A DNA stretch of 64,000 bases from NCBI GenBank assembly GCA_963720545.1, contig OY970399.1, forward strand, positions 320,001 to 384,000. The letters are read 5' to 3'. Shown in pieces: positions 22,544-33,600 of this stretch; position 1 is the first letter of the stretch, and each line of letters begins with the position of its first letter. This stretch comes from an uncultured Acidobacteriota bacterium. Lineage in GTDB: Bacteria; Acidobacteriota; Vicinamibacteria; Fen-336. The position numbers were made by a program, and so were the translations under genes. A model generated the notes under the pieces. The model saw only the letters and a list, made by a program, of their open reading frames with translations. It made no database searches and was not told the origin of the DNA.

Positions 22544-23281
22544 GTGCCGGTCTTCAGGCTCGACCGGCGGCTCGTGTTTCCGCCGGTGCACCTCGCCGAG
22601 GACGGCCTGCTCGCGGTCGGCGGGGACCTGCGCAGCGAACGCCTGCTGCTCGCCTACGCCTCGGGCATCTTTCCCTGGTACGAAGACGGCCAGCCGCTCT
22701 TGTGGCACTCGCCCGATCCACGCACCGTGCTGCGCGCGGCCGACCTGCACGTGAGCCGCAGCCTCGAGAAGACGCTGAAGCGCCGGCCGTTCCGCGTCAC
22801 GCTCGATACCGCCTTCGACGCGGTGATTGCCGGCTGTGCCGCGGTCCGGCGGCCCGGGCAGCGCAGCACCTGGATCACGCCCGCGATGCGCGCGGCGTAC
22901 GGCAAGCTGCACCGCGAGGGCTACGCGCACTCGGTGGAGGCGTGGTCAGGCGAGCGCCTCTGCGGCGGCCTCTATGGCGTCAGCCTCGGCGGCGTGTTTT
23001 TCGGCGAGTCGATGTTCGCGGCCGCGCCCGATGCCTCGAAGGTCGCGTTCGTCACGCTCGTCCGCCAGCTGCAGCGCTGGGACATGCCGCTCATCGATTG
23101 CCAGGTGGAGACCGCTCACTTGCGGCGCTTCGGCGCGCGCGCGGTGCCGCGTTCGGCGTACGTGCGCGACTTGTCGCGGCTCTTGAAGCGGCCCACCCGC
23201 GGCGGGCCGTGGCGCTTCGACGATGCCGCAGACGCCGCCCTGGCCGCTGCGGGCGGTCGCCGTGCCGCCGGCCGCGGTTGA
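22544..23281 (+). CDS. aat: Leucyl/phenylalanyl-tRNA--protein transferase
   Basis: GLLAVGGDL, AY..GIFPW, WHSPDPR, HSVEAW, FFGESMF, DASKVA, IDCQ. Confidence 0.96.
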   Translation: MPVFRLDRRLVFPPVHLAEDGLLAVGGDLRSERLLLAYASGIFPWYEDGQPLLWHSPDPRTVLRAADLHVSRSLEKTLKRRPFRVTLDTAFDAVIAGCAAVRRPGQRSTWITPAMRAAYGKLHREGYAHSVEAWSGERLCGGLYGVSLGGVFFGESMFAAAPDASKVAFVTLVRQLQRWDMPLIDCQVETAHLRRFGARAVPRSAYVRDLSRLLKRPTRGGPWRFDDAADAALAAAGGRRAAGRG

Positions 23282-24180
23282 GCGGCGCGGCTCCTGTCGG
23301 CGGCGAAATCCGCGGGCGGCTCGCTGCTGAAGACGATCGTGGCGCCGGTTGCGGGATGGCGCAGCTGGAGCGTGTGCGCGTGCAGCATCACCCGCCCCGG
23401 GCCGTTGGCGCGCGCGCCGTAGCGCGCGTCGCCGCGGATCGGCCGGCCGGCGGACGCGAGGTGGATGCGGATCTGGTGCTTGCGGCCGGTCGCGGGCCGC
23501 GCCTCCACCAGGCCGCCGCCGCGCCAGCTCGCGAGCGTGCGAAACGCGGTCACGGCCTCGCGGCCATCCGGCATCGCGTCGTCACAGCTCCAGCTGTCCG
23601 GCAGTGCGGCGTGGCTCTCGACGAGCGCCCAGTACACCTTCGCGACGCTGCGCCTTGCGAACTGCTCCGCCAGTGCGGCGTTCGCTTCCGGCCGGCGCGC
23701 GAACAGCACGACACCCGAAGTATCGCGGTCGAGGCGCTGGTGCACGCCGAGGTACGGGTCTTCGCCGGCGGCGCGCAGCTGCTTGCCGATGGCATCGACG
23801 AGGTTCGGGCGGTTCGGGTCGGCGCCCGCGTGCATCGGCAGGCCCGCCGGCTTGTCCACCACCAGCAGGTCGGCGTCCTGGTGCAGGTATTTCACCCGGT
23901 CCACGAGCACGCCCTGTGGCAACTTCGTGGAGTCGACGCGGGCACGCACGCTGGCGCCGCCGCGCAGCAGCAGCGTCGGATTGCGCACCGTCTCGCCGTC
24001 CACCGACACGGCACCCGCGATCACCAGGCGCCGCACCAGCGATTTCGAGACCGTGCGCGCCAGCGCCGCCTGGAGCCACGGCTGCAGCGCGTCGCTGAGG
24101 CGCAGCTCTTCCCGGCCCTCGTGGCGCCGCACCATCTCGACCCAGCGCGGTGCCGGCTTCGTCCCTACGCGGACTGCCAT
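23116..24180 (-). CDS. RluA/RluD-family pseudouridine synthase with S4 domain
   Basis: S4-like N-terminus, VDKPAG, HQRLDRDTSG, TGRKHQIRIH, GDARYG, LHA; 3' tail overlaps aat. Confidence 0.88.
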   Translation of the reverse strand: MAVRVGTKPAPRWVEMVRRHEGREELRLSDALQPWLQAALARTVSKSLVRRLVIAGAVSVDGETVRNPTLLLRGGASVRARVDSTKLPQGVLVDRVKYLHQDADLLVVDKPAGLPMHAGADPNRPNLVDAIGKQLRAAGEDPYLGVHQRLDRDTSGVVLFARRPEANAALAEQFARRSVAKVYWALVESHAALPDSWSCDDAMPDGREAVTAFRTLASWRGGGLVEARPATGRKHQIRIHLASAGRPIRGDARYGARANGPGRVMLHAHTLQLRHPATGATIVFSSEPPADFAADRSRAAQPRPAARRPPAAARAASAASSKRHGPPRVGRFKSRDKSRTYAERGTARAPKRRK

Positions 24181-24872
24181 GTGCCGTCGCTCCAGATCTC
24201 GCAAGGCCGGAACCCCGCTTTGTAGCGCATCGCCTTCGACTCGGCGACGTAGTAGCCGAGGTAGACGTACGGGCGTCCGCTGCGGCGCGCCTCCGCGATC
24301 AGCCAAAGGATGTTGAGCGTTCCCGGCGAGCGCACGCCGGCATCGGGGTCGAAGAAGCAGTAGACCGCCGAGAGCGCGTCGGGCTCGGCATCCACGATCG
24401 ACACCGCGAGCAGCTTGCTCCCCTGGCGGAAGGTCGCTTCCAGTGTGGTGACGCAGCTCGTGTACAGAAACGACGCGAACTCCTCCCACGAGCCGTCCAT
24501 CGTGGTGTCGTGGCGCGCGGCCAGGTAGCGGGCGTAAAGCCGGCGCTTTTCCTCGCTCGCCTCCGGCGGCCCGAGGGTCACGGAAACGTCGGCGTTGCGC
24601 GCCAGGCAGCGGCGTTGCGAGCGGCTGGGGCGGAAGGCCTCGACCGGCACCCGGATCTGAGCGCAGGAGCTGCAGCCCTCGCAGGCGGGGCGATAGAGCA
24701 GCTGGCCGAGGCGCCGGTAGTTGAGGTCCATGAACGCGTGGTAATAGCCGGGCGGCAACAAATCGGTGCGCATCGCCACCTCGCGCGCTTCGCGGCCGGG
24801 ACGGTACGCGCACGGGTGCCCGGGCCCCGCGGGCAGGCCCATTTCGCCGACCCTGCGGCCGATGAGTGCCAC
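24165..24872 (-). CDS. bpt: Aspartate/glutamate leucyltransferase (Bpt/ATE family)
   Basis: HPCAY, YRR.G..LYRP.C..C..C, RYL..RH, SAVYCFFDPD, YVYLGYYV...M.YK; start at GTG 24872 or ATG 24842. Confidence 0.88.
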   Translation of the reverse strand: MALIGRRVGEMGLPAGPGHPCAYRPGREAREVAMRTDLLPPGYYHAFMDLNYRRLGQLLYRPACEGCSSCAQIRVPVEAFRPSRSQRRCLARNADVSVTLGPPEASEEKRRLYARYLAARHDTTMDGSWEEFASFLYTSCVTTLEATFRQGSKLLAVSIVDAEPDALSAVYCFFDPDAGVRSPGTLNILWLIAEARRSGRPYVYLGYYVAESKAMRYKAGFRPCEIWSDGTWQSA

Positions 24873-24935
24873 CCGGCGCTCGTGCTCGGCTGCCCGCGCC
24901 TGTCCCGTCACGGCCTCAGGGTAACATCCCAGCAG

Positions 24936-25265
24936 ATGGCGGAGCGTCGACTCTACCGGGTAACGTTCCTCAATCAGGGCCAGGTCTACGAGGTCTATGC
25001 TCGGCGGGTCACACAAGGCGGCTTGCTCGGCTTCGTGGAGGTCGATAGTCTCGTCTTCGGAACCAGGACTCAGGTGGTGGTGGACCCCTCGGAAGAGCGC
25101 CTTCAAAGGGAGTTCGAGAGCGTCAAGCGTTTCTTTGTCCCGATGCACGCGGTGATGCGCATCGACGAGGTAGAAAAGCAGGGCCCAGCCAGGATCAGCG
25201 AGGCACCGAAGGGCGGGAATATCACGAGCTTCCCGATCCCTCTGTTCAAGCCCGCCAAGGACTGA
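24936..25265 (+). CDS. DUF1820-family protein
   Basis: YRVTFLNQGQVYEVYAR, GFVEV, VDPSEERL..EF..V, PMHAVMRIDEV. Confidence 0.8.
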   Translation: MAERRLYRVTFLNQGQVYEVYARRVTQGGLLGFVEVDSLVFGTRTQVVVDPSEERLQREFESVKRFFVPMHAVMRIDEVEKQGPARISEAPKGGNITSFPIPLFKPAKD

Positions 25266-25275
25266 AGCGCACGAA

Positions 25276-25677
25276 ATGGTGAAGAAAATCCTTCTCGTCG
25301 ACGACGACGTCCCCACCCGGACCGCGCTGCGCGGCCTGCTCGAATCCGAGAAGCGCAGCGACCCATTCGACATACACGAGGCCGGTTCGGGGTCCGAGTG
25401 CCTCAAGGCGTTCGACAAGGACGGCCCGTTCTCCCTGGTGCTGCTCGACGTCACCCTGCCCGACCTCGACGGCTACGAGGTGTGCAAGGCGCTGCGCTCG
25501 GTGGACCCAAAGGTCCCGATCATCTTCGTCACGGCGCGCGGCGACCTGCGCGACTTCAACGCCGGGCGCAAGGCCGGCGGCGACTCCTACCTCGTGAAGC
25601 CGGTGGCCCGGCAGGCGCTGCGCGCCACGGTCGCCCTCTTCACCAACCTGGAACGGTCCCGCGCCCAGGGCAGCTGA
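25276..25677 (+). CDS. Single-domain response regulator (receiver only)
   Basis: ILLVDDD, LLD phosphoacceptor, FVTAR, YLVKP. Confidence 0.92.
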   Translation: MVKKILLVDDDVPTRTALRGLLESEKRSDPFDIHEAGSGSECLKAFDKDGPFSLVLLDVTLPDLDGYEVCKALRSVDPKVPIIFVTARGDLRDFNAGRKAGGDSYLVKPVARQALRATVALFTNLERSRAQGS

Positions 25678-25684
25678 CAACTTC

Positions 25685-28057
25685 TTGAAGTTCCAGAGGT
25701 CCCTGCGGATCACCCTCATCGATCGCTACATCGGGAGGGAGATCCTGCCGCCGGCGTTCACCGGCCTGCTGCTGTTCACGGTCATCCTGGTCCTCAACCA
25801 GATCCCGACGCTGCTGCAGACGCTCATCTCGCGCAGCGCCGATGCCGGCACCGCCCTGAAGGCCTTCGCGCACCTGCTGCCGGCCTGGATCACGCTGACT
25901 CTGCCGATGGGTTTCCTGCTCGGCGTGCTGTTCGCCTTCGGCCGGATGACCAGCGAGAGCGAGATCATTGCCATGCGCGCCAGCGGCTTCAGCGCCTTCC
26001 GGCTGCTGCGCCCGGTGATGGTGCTCGCGGTGCTCGCGACCGGCGCCACCTTCTACATTTATTCCATCGTCACGCCGCGCTCCAACCAGGCGTTCCGCCA
26101 GCTGATGTTCTCGCTGCTGCAGACGAGCGTGCGCCAGCAGATGAAGCCGCGCGCCTTCAACGAGGACCTGCTGCCGAGCCGCACCCTGGTGGTGTACGCG
26201 CAGGACATCACCCCCGACACCGGCCGCTGGCTCGACGTCTTCATCAGCGACCGGCGCGTGCCGCAGAAACCGCGCATCATCCTGGCGCGCCGCGGCCACC
26301 TGCAGGTGGACGACGGCGCGCGCCGCGTGAGCCTCGAACTCGAGAACGGCTCGATCGCCAACTACGAGCCGGACAGCGGCCGCTACGAGAAGAGCTTCTT
26401 CCAGACCGCGCACATCCCGATACCGGCCGACGAGATCTTCCCCAACACCGAGATCTCGAAGGGGGAACGCGAGCTGACGATTCCGGAAATCTCGGCGCGG
26501 CTGCGCGACATGGAGGCGCGCGGCGCAACGCCGAAGGAGACCGCCCGTCTCGAGGTGGAGTGGCACAAGCGCTTCGCGATCCCGGCCGCCTGCCTCGCCT
26601 TCGGCCTCATCGGCCTCGCGCTCTCGCTCGGCCCGCGGCGCGAGGCGCGTTCGGCGGCGTTCGGCGTCAGCATCGTCGTGATCGCCGTCTACTACGTGCT
26701 GCTCCAGGTGGGCACACAGATGGGCAACGAGCGGGTGCTGCCGCCGTGGGCCGCGCTCTGGCTCGCCAACGTGGTGCTGGGCGGCATCGCGGTGCTGCTG
26801 CTCTTCTTCAACCAGCGCGAGGCTGCCTTCGACCCGCTCGACCTGTCGCGGCTGCGAGCGGTCCTCCCCGCCATCAGGCGTTCGGTGCGCAGCAAGCGCG
26901 CGGCGCAGGCACCCCTGCCGCCCCCGGCGCCCGCCGCGCCGCCGCGTGCGACCACAGGGTTCCCGAGCATCATCGACCGCTACATCACCCGCATCTTCGT
27001 GCGCAACCTGGCGCTCATCCTCGGCGCCTTCGTCTCGATCTTCGTGGTCGCCGACTTCATGGACCTGATCGACGACATCCACCAGAACCGGGTCCGTGGC
27101 ATCACGGTAGTGAAGTTCTACATGTACCTCACCCCCTACATCGTGCACCTGGTGGTGCCGATCGCCATCCTGGTGACGGTGCTCGCCACCTTCGGCATGC
27201 TGGCGCGGCGTAACGAAATCACCGCGCTCAAGTCGGTGGGCGTGAGCCTTTATCGCACCATCGCGCCGACGCTCGCGCTCGCCGCTGTCGGCAGCATGGC
27301 GCTCTGGGCCATGACCGAGTTTGTCCTGCCGCAGGCGAACCTGCGCGCGAGCTTCGAGAAGAACGTCATCAAGGGCCGGCCGCGCATCATGTCCACCTAT
27401 CTTGACCGGCGCTGGAGCACCGGCCCGGACGGCAAGTTCTATAACTTCGACTTCGTCAGCCAGGACGGGCCGCTCACCTTTCACGGCCTGTCGGTGTTCG
27501 AGGTGGACCCGCGCACCTGGCACCTGCGCGATCACCTCAGCGTCGCCACGGCGCGCTGGGACGGTCTCGCTTACGAGCTCGACCGCGGCTTTCGCGCCGT
27601 CATGACACAGCCGGCCAGCGGGCTGCCGGTGAACCGCGTCTACCAGATCGCGAGCGTGCGCACCCGCGAAATCGAGGCGCCGACCTTCTTCCAGCGCGAG
27701 AAGCTGCCGCCCGATACCCTGCGCTACGGCCAGCTGGGCGATTACATCGCCTCGCTCGAGAGCCTCGGCCTCGACGCCACCGAGTCGCGCGTGCAGCTCT
27801 ACCGCAAGGTGGCGTTTCCATTCGTCAGCATCGTGATGACGCTGCTCGCCGTGCCCTTCGCCTTCACGGTCGCGCGCCGCGGCGCTCTTTACGGCGTCTT
27901 CCTCAGCATCATCGTGGCGCTTCTCTACTGGGCGTGCCTCGGCACCTTCGAGGCGCTCGGCAAGAACGCGTTCATCCCGCCGCTGCTCGCCGCCTGGGCG
28001 CCGAACCTGCTGTTCGCCGCCGCCGGGCTCTACTTCATGCTCGGCCTCGACACCTGA
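25685..28057 (+). CDS. Fused LptF-LptG LPS export ABC transporter permease
   Basis: Two tandem YjgP/YjgQ units (IDRYI...SEIIAMRASG; IDRYI...NEITALKSVG...AAWAPN); start approximate. Confidence 0.9.
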   Translation: MKFQRSLRITLIDRYIGREILPPAFTGLLLFTVILVLNQIPTLLQTLISRSADAGTALKAFAHLLPAWITLTLPMGFLLGVLFAFGRMTSESEIIAMRASGFSAFRLLRPVMVLAVLATGATFYIYSIVTPRSNQAFRQLMFSLLQTSVRQQMKPRAFNEDLLPSRTLVVYAQDITPDTGRWLDVFISDRRVPQKPRIILARRGHLQVDDGARRVSLELENGSIANYEPDSGRYEKSFFQTAHIPIPADEIFPNTEISKGERELTIPEISARLRDMEARGATPKETARLEVEWHKRFAIPAACLAFGLIGLALSLGPRREARSAAFGVSIVVIAVYYVLLQVGTQMGNERVLPPWAALWLANVVLGGIAVLLLFFNQREAAFDPLDLSRLRAVLPAIRRSVRSKRAAQAPLPPPAPAAPPRATTGFPSIIDRYITRIFVRNLALILGAFVSIFVVADFMDLIDDIHQNRVRGITVVKFYMYLTPYIVHLVVPIAILVTVLATFGMLARRNEITALKSVGVSLYRTIAPTLALAAVGSMALWAMTEFVLPQANLRASFEKNVIKGRPRIMSTYLDRRWSTGPDGKFYNFDFVSQDGPLTFHGLSVFEVDPRTWHLRDHLSVATARWDGLAYELDRGFRAVMTQPASGLPVNRVYQIASVRTREIEAPTFFQREKLPPDTLRYGQLGDYIASLESLGLDATESRVQLYRKVAFPFVSIVMTLLAVPFAFTVARRGALYGVFLSIIVALLYWACLGTFEALGKNAFIPPLLAAWAPNLLFAAAGLYFMLGLDT

Positions 28058-28058
28058 T

Positions 28059-29518
<1,460 letters not shown>

Positions 29519-29522
<4 letters not shown>

Positions 29523-30502
29523 GGCTTGACCCTTCTCCTTGCAATGCTTGCGTCGCGAACTGCGGAACAAAGTACGAGCGCGGGTCCGGCGGCATCCGGA
29601 TCGGCCGGCAGGCCGCGCACCCGCGTGTTGACGAATCCGGCCGAGCGCAGCCAGCCGTCGAGCACCGGCGCTGCGAACCCCTGGTGCTGCTGGCCCATGC
29701 GCGCGGTGAACTCCGCGTCGTCATGGCTCGCCGTTTCCACGACCACGACGCGCCCGCCAGGCTTGACGACGCGCGCCATCTCGGTGAGCACAGGCTGCGG
29801 GTCGGCGACGTAGGCGAGCACCAGTACCAGCAGCGCCGCGTCGCACTCGCCGTCCTGCAGCGGCAGCGCCTCGAGACGTCCCTCGCGCAGTTCGGCCGCC
29901 GGCAGCGACGCGACCCGCAGGCGTGCGGCTTCGAGCATCGCCGCCGACTGGTCGACGCCGATCGCCTTGCGGACATGCGGCGCAAGGCTTGCGACCAGCC
30001 CGCCGGTGCCGCATCCGAGGTCGGCAACAACCCAGTCAGGCGGCAGCAGCTCGAGGAGCGAAGCCTGCAGGAAGGCACTTCCATACGCCTGCTCACGCAG
30101 CCGCTCCCACTGCCCGGCCGCGCCCTGGAAGAAGGCCCGCGACGAGCGCCTGCGGCCCTCCAGGCGCTTCTGCAGGCGGTTGCTGTCGGCGGCTGCCGCT
30201 GCCCAGCCCTCCGTCTGTTCCTTGGCGAGCTGCCACAGGCGTGTGGAACCGCCATCGCCGTTCAGGGGCGCGAGCGAATAGAGGTTCGTCGGGCCCTGGG
30301 CGCGGCTGCGGACGAAGCCGCGGTCGAGGAGGACCTTCAAATGGCGGCTCACCGTCGACTGGGGCAGCCGCAGGGCGTCCTTCATGTCGGCGACGCCCAG
30401 CTCCCGGCCCTCCAAGAGGCGGAGCAACCGCAGGCGCGTGGGGTCGGCAAGACCCTCCATCCAACCGAGCAGTGCCTCTGGCCGTCCCACAATCGTCTCC
30501 AT
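29519..30502 (-). CDS. ArsR-HTH / methyltransferase-domain regulator (SahR-like)
   Basis: [10 protein letters not shown]...[14 protein letters not shown] plus DLGCGTG SAM-binding domain; ATGA-coupled to ahcY. Confidence 0.88.
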
Positions 30503-30506
30503 CGCT

Positions 30507-30549
30507 CTATCCGGATGTAAGGATATAGATACGGATCCAGCCGTGTCAA
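30507..30549 (-). promoter_or_regulatory. Promoter and palindromic operator of sahR-ahcY
   Basis: Minus strand TTGACA (30549-30544), 18 nt, TATCCT (30525-30520); palindrome CTATCC-GGATGTAA-GGATAT at 30507-30526. Confidence 0.65.
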
Positions 30550-30667
30550 GACCGATTTCGCCACCCTTGTGGTGGGAAGCACGGCGAACGGTTGCCTCCT
30601 GGGCAAAACGCGCCGTCACCGCCTACACTTGCCGCACACAACCCAGGACGATTATCAGGAGGCATTG

Positions 30668-33600
30668 GTGCGTCGATTGTTCCCTTCCGTAGCGTCATCC
30701 GTCGCAGCGGCCTTTGTCTCGCTCGCGGCCCTGACGCTCCCCGCGGTCGCGCATGCCGGCGTCCTCGGCGTCCCCGTCACTGTCAGCGCCACCGGAACGG
30801 TCACCGGCGATCCCCCCGGCATGTTTGCGATCACCGGCCAGGGCCTTGGCGTGGGCGACGGCGACTCCACGCACCAGATGCGGTTCTTCATCGAGGTCAC
30901 CGGAACAACGCTCGACATACGGGTGTTCGACGCGGGCGCGTCCGGATCGCGCGACGACCCGACGATCGGCAACACGACCTACGCACTCATTTCGCCCACC
31001 GGCACGACACTGGGCAGCGTCAGTATCGGACTCGAAACCCCGCTCGTGACCGACAACCGCGTTGCCCGTTTTCCTCCTTCCCCGGCGATCCTCTTCACCG
31101 CGCTGAACGTCGGCACCGGCTTCACGGGATTGACGCCCGGGCTCTACGAGTTCCGCGTGACGGCGACCGACAGCACTGTCATGGCCAACTGGTTCGGCAT
31201 CGACATCCGGTCCGGCACCGCCGCAGCGGCTCCGCACTACAACGTCTACATCTACAGCCTCGACGACGACCTGACACCTCCTGTCGCCGCCGACACGTCG
31301 CTCGTCCTCTCGGGGGACCTCGGCGCGAATACCGTCTTCTACCCGTTCGTCAACCGCGGCTGTGCCGCGAGCATCTCGGACACCGACGGCGACAGCACCG
31401 GCAGCGCCAGCTTCAACTCCATCCTCACCAGCGGCAATGCCATCACGGTCAGCGCCAACGGCGCCCACACGGAAACGGCGATGACCATCCACACGAGCGG
31501 CACCGCCAACGGCGTGCAGACGCTGGTCAACAACTACGGCATGTGGGCGGTGCAACCGGATTTCAACGACGGCAACTTCACCGACTGGCGCGTCGCCGAC
31601 TTCCAGCTCTGGGAAGACAACGCCGCCAACCGGCCGCGGGATCCCAACGATCCGATACGCACCTATCTGCCGAACGGCTATACGGGCGGCGGCATCGCCA
31701 ACCACACCGCGCCGAGCGAACCCGTGCTGACGGCGATCTACTCGATCGTGAGCGGCGCCAACCCGCCTGCTGTCTCGGTCGTGAGCCGCGTGCAGGTGAC
31801 GGTACCACTGCAGAACAACGGCCCGGCAGCACTCACGCTGAACGGCGCCAACGACCAGATCGTGTCCGGGCTGCCGGCGGCAAACGCCACCAACCTGGGC
31901 AACATCCAGTGCCTGAACAATTCCGGCGGCGCGATCGGCACGCCGGTCAACGGCGGTACCTTCGCCCGCTGCAACTTTTCGGGTGCGGGCGTGACGCTCG
32001 CGGTTGGCGAGACCGCAAAGCTCGTGTACCAGTTCGACCTCACGCCGCCTGCGAACAGCACTTTCTTCGTGACCAACATCCCGGCGGCGCCGGCGTCCGG
32101 CAGCTACAACCTCGGCGCGCTGGCGCCGACTTCCACCACCTGGGCCCACTATTCCCCCGCTTACAACTTCACGGGCTTCGCCGGTGAGACGCTCGGCCCG
32201 CTCTGCGACCTGCGCCTGACCGTCGCAGTTCCGACGCGCGCCGCGATTCGCGGCGTGAACTTTTCGGGCGGCACATTGCGGTTTGCCACCACGCGCCAGA
32301 AGAACACCAGCGGCTTCAACGTCTACGCGGTCACGAGCCCCGCCGACCGCAGCCTGAGCCAGCGCCTCAACCGCGAACCGCTGCGCTCCCGGCAGCCCGA
32401 CAGCATGACGCCCGAAGCCTACGAAATGAGCGTGGCCTCGCGGCCTGCGTACATCCTCTTCGAGGAGCTGGAGACGGATGGCGCACGCCGGCTGATCGGT
32501 CCGTTCGCCACGGTTACGTCACGCGGCGCGCAGGACTTCTTCGCGGCGCAGCGCACGGCCAGCGACGCGGACGAGCGACGGCTGTCCGCGCGTCCCGGCA
32601 TCGAGCGGGAGCGCGTGCGCGAACGCTCGGCGACCCGGCTGGTACGCGCGCCGGCCGCGGCGGTCGCCGCCGGAAAGCAGCCCTACAGGATCGAAGTCTC
32701 AGGCGCCGGCCGCGTAACCATTCCCGCGTCCGCTTTTTCCGGCAATCCCAAGATTGCGCAGTGGCGGCTGACCCGGTTCGGCTCGGACGTGCCTTTCCAG
32801 GTGGTCGGACCCGCGGGGGCGAAATCGCTCGTCTTCGACTCGCCCGGCATTGCGACGGCCTATGCCGAGGCGATGACCTACGTGCTTTCGAACCGCACCG
32901 TGGAACCGCGCTCGAGCGTCGCCGGCACTTATTGGGAGGCCGCGCCGGCGCCCGGTGCCACGCGTGTCGAGAAGCCGTCACTTCTGGTGCCCGGGGCGCC
33001 GCAGGGTTCGACGCCGTGGATCTGGGACTTCGTGCAATCCGATCCCGGCGAGTGGCCGAACGACTTCACCGCTCCCGGCGCCAACGCGTTCGACCTTCCC
33101 ACGCTCGCGGCGAATCCGGCCGGTCCGGTGGCGGTCTCGATCCGGCTCGGCGGCGGTAGCGCGCACACTCACGACGTGACGGCCGCGATCAACGGCCACA
33201 CCGTCGGTTCGCTGAGCTTCACCGGGAAAACCGCCGCGGTGCTCCACGGAACGATCAACGCATCCTTGCTGCACCGCACCGGCAACACGTTGTCGCTCAC
33301 TTACGCGGCGGAAGGCGACCAGTCGTTCATCGGCGCCATATACCTCGGTTCGGTGGATCTCGCGATTCCGGTGGCGGCCGGACCGTCGGTCACGCCTTCG
33401 CTCATCGCCCCGCTGGCGCCGGCGAAGCTGCCGCCGGGCCGAACCAGCTACCTGATCGTCACCCACCCGTCGCTGCTGGCCGCGGCGAACCAGCTCGCCG
33501 CGGTGAAGACGCTCGACGGACAGCGCCCGTTCGTGGTGACCACCGACGCCATCTACGACGGCTGGAGCGACGGCACCGCCGAGGCGCGCGCGATCGCTGC

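Noticed and set aside
24873..25454. N-terminal extension of the 429-aa Bpt ORF
   Set aside because: Antisense to DUF1820 and the response regulator; Bpt similarity begins near 24872
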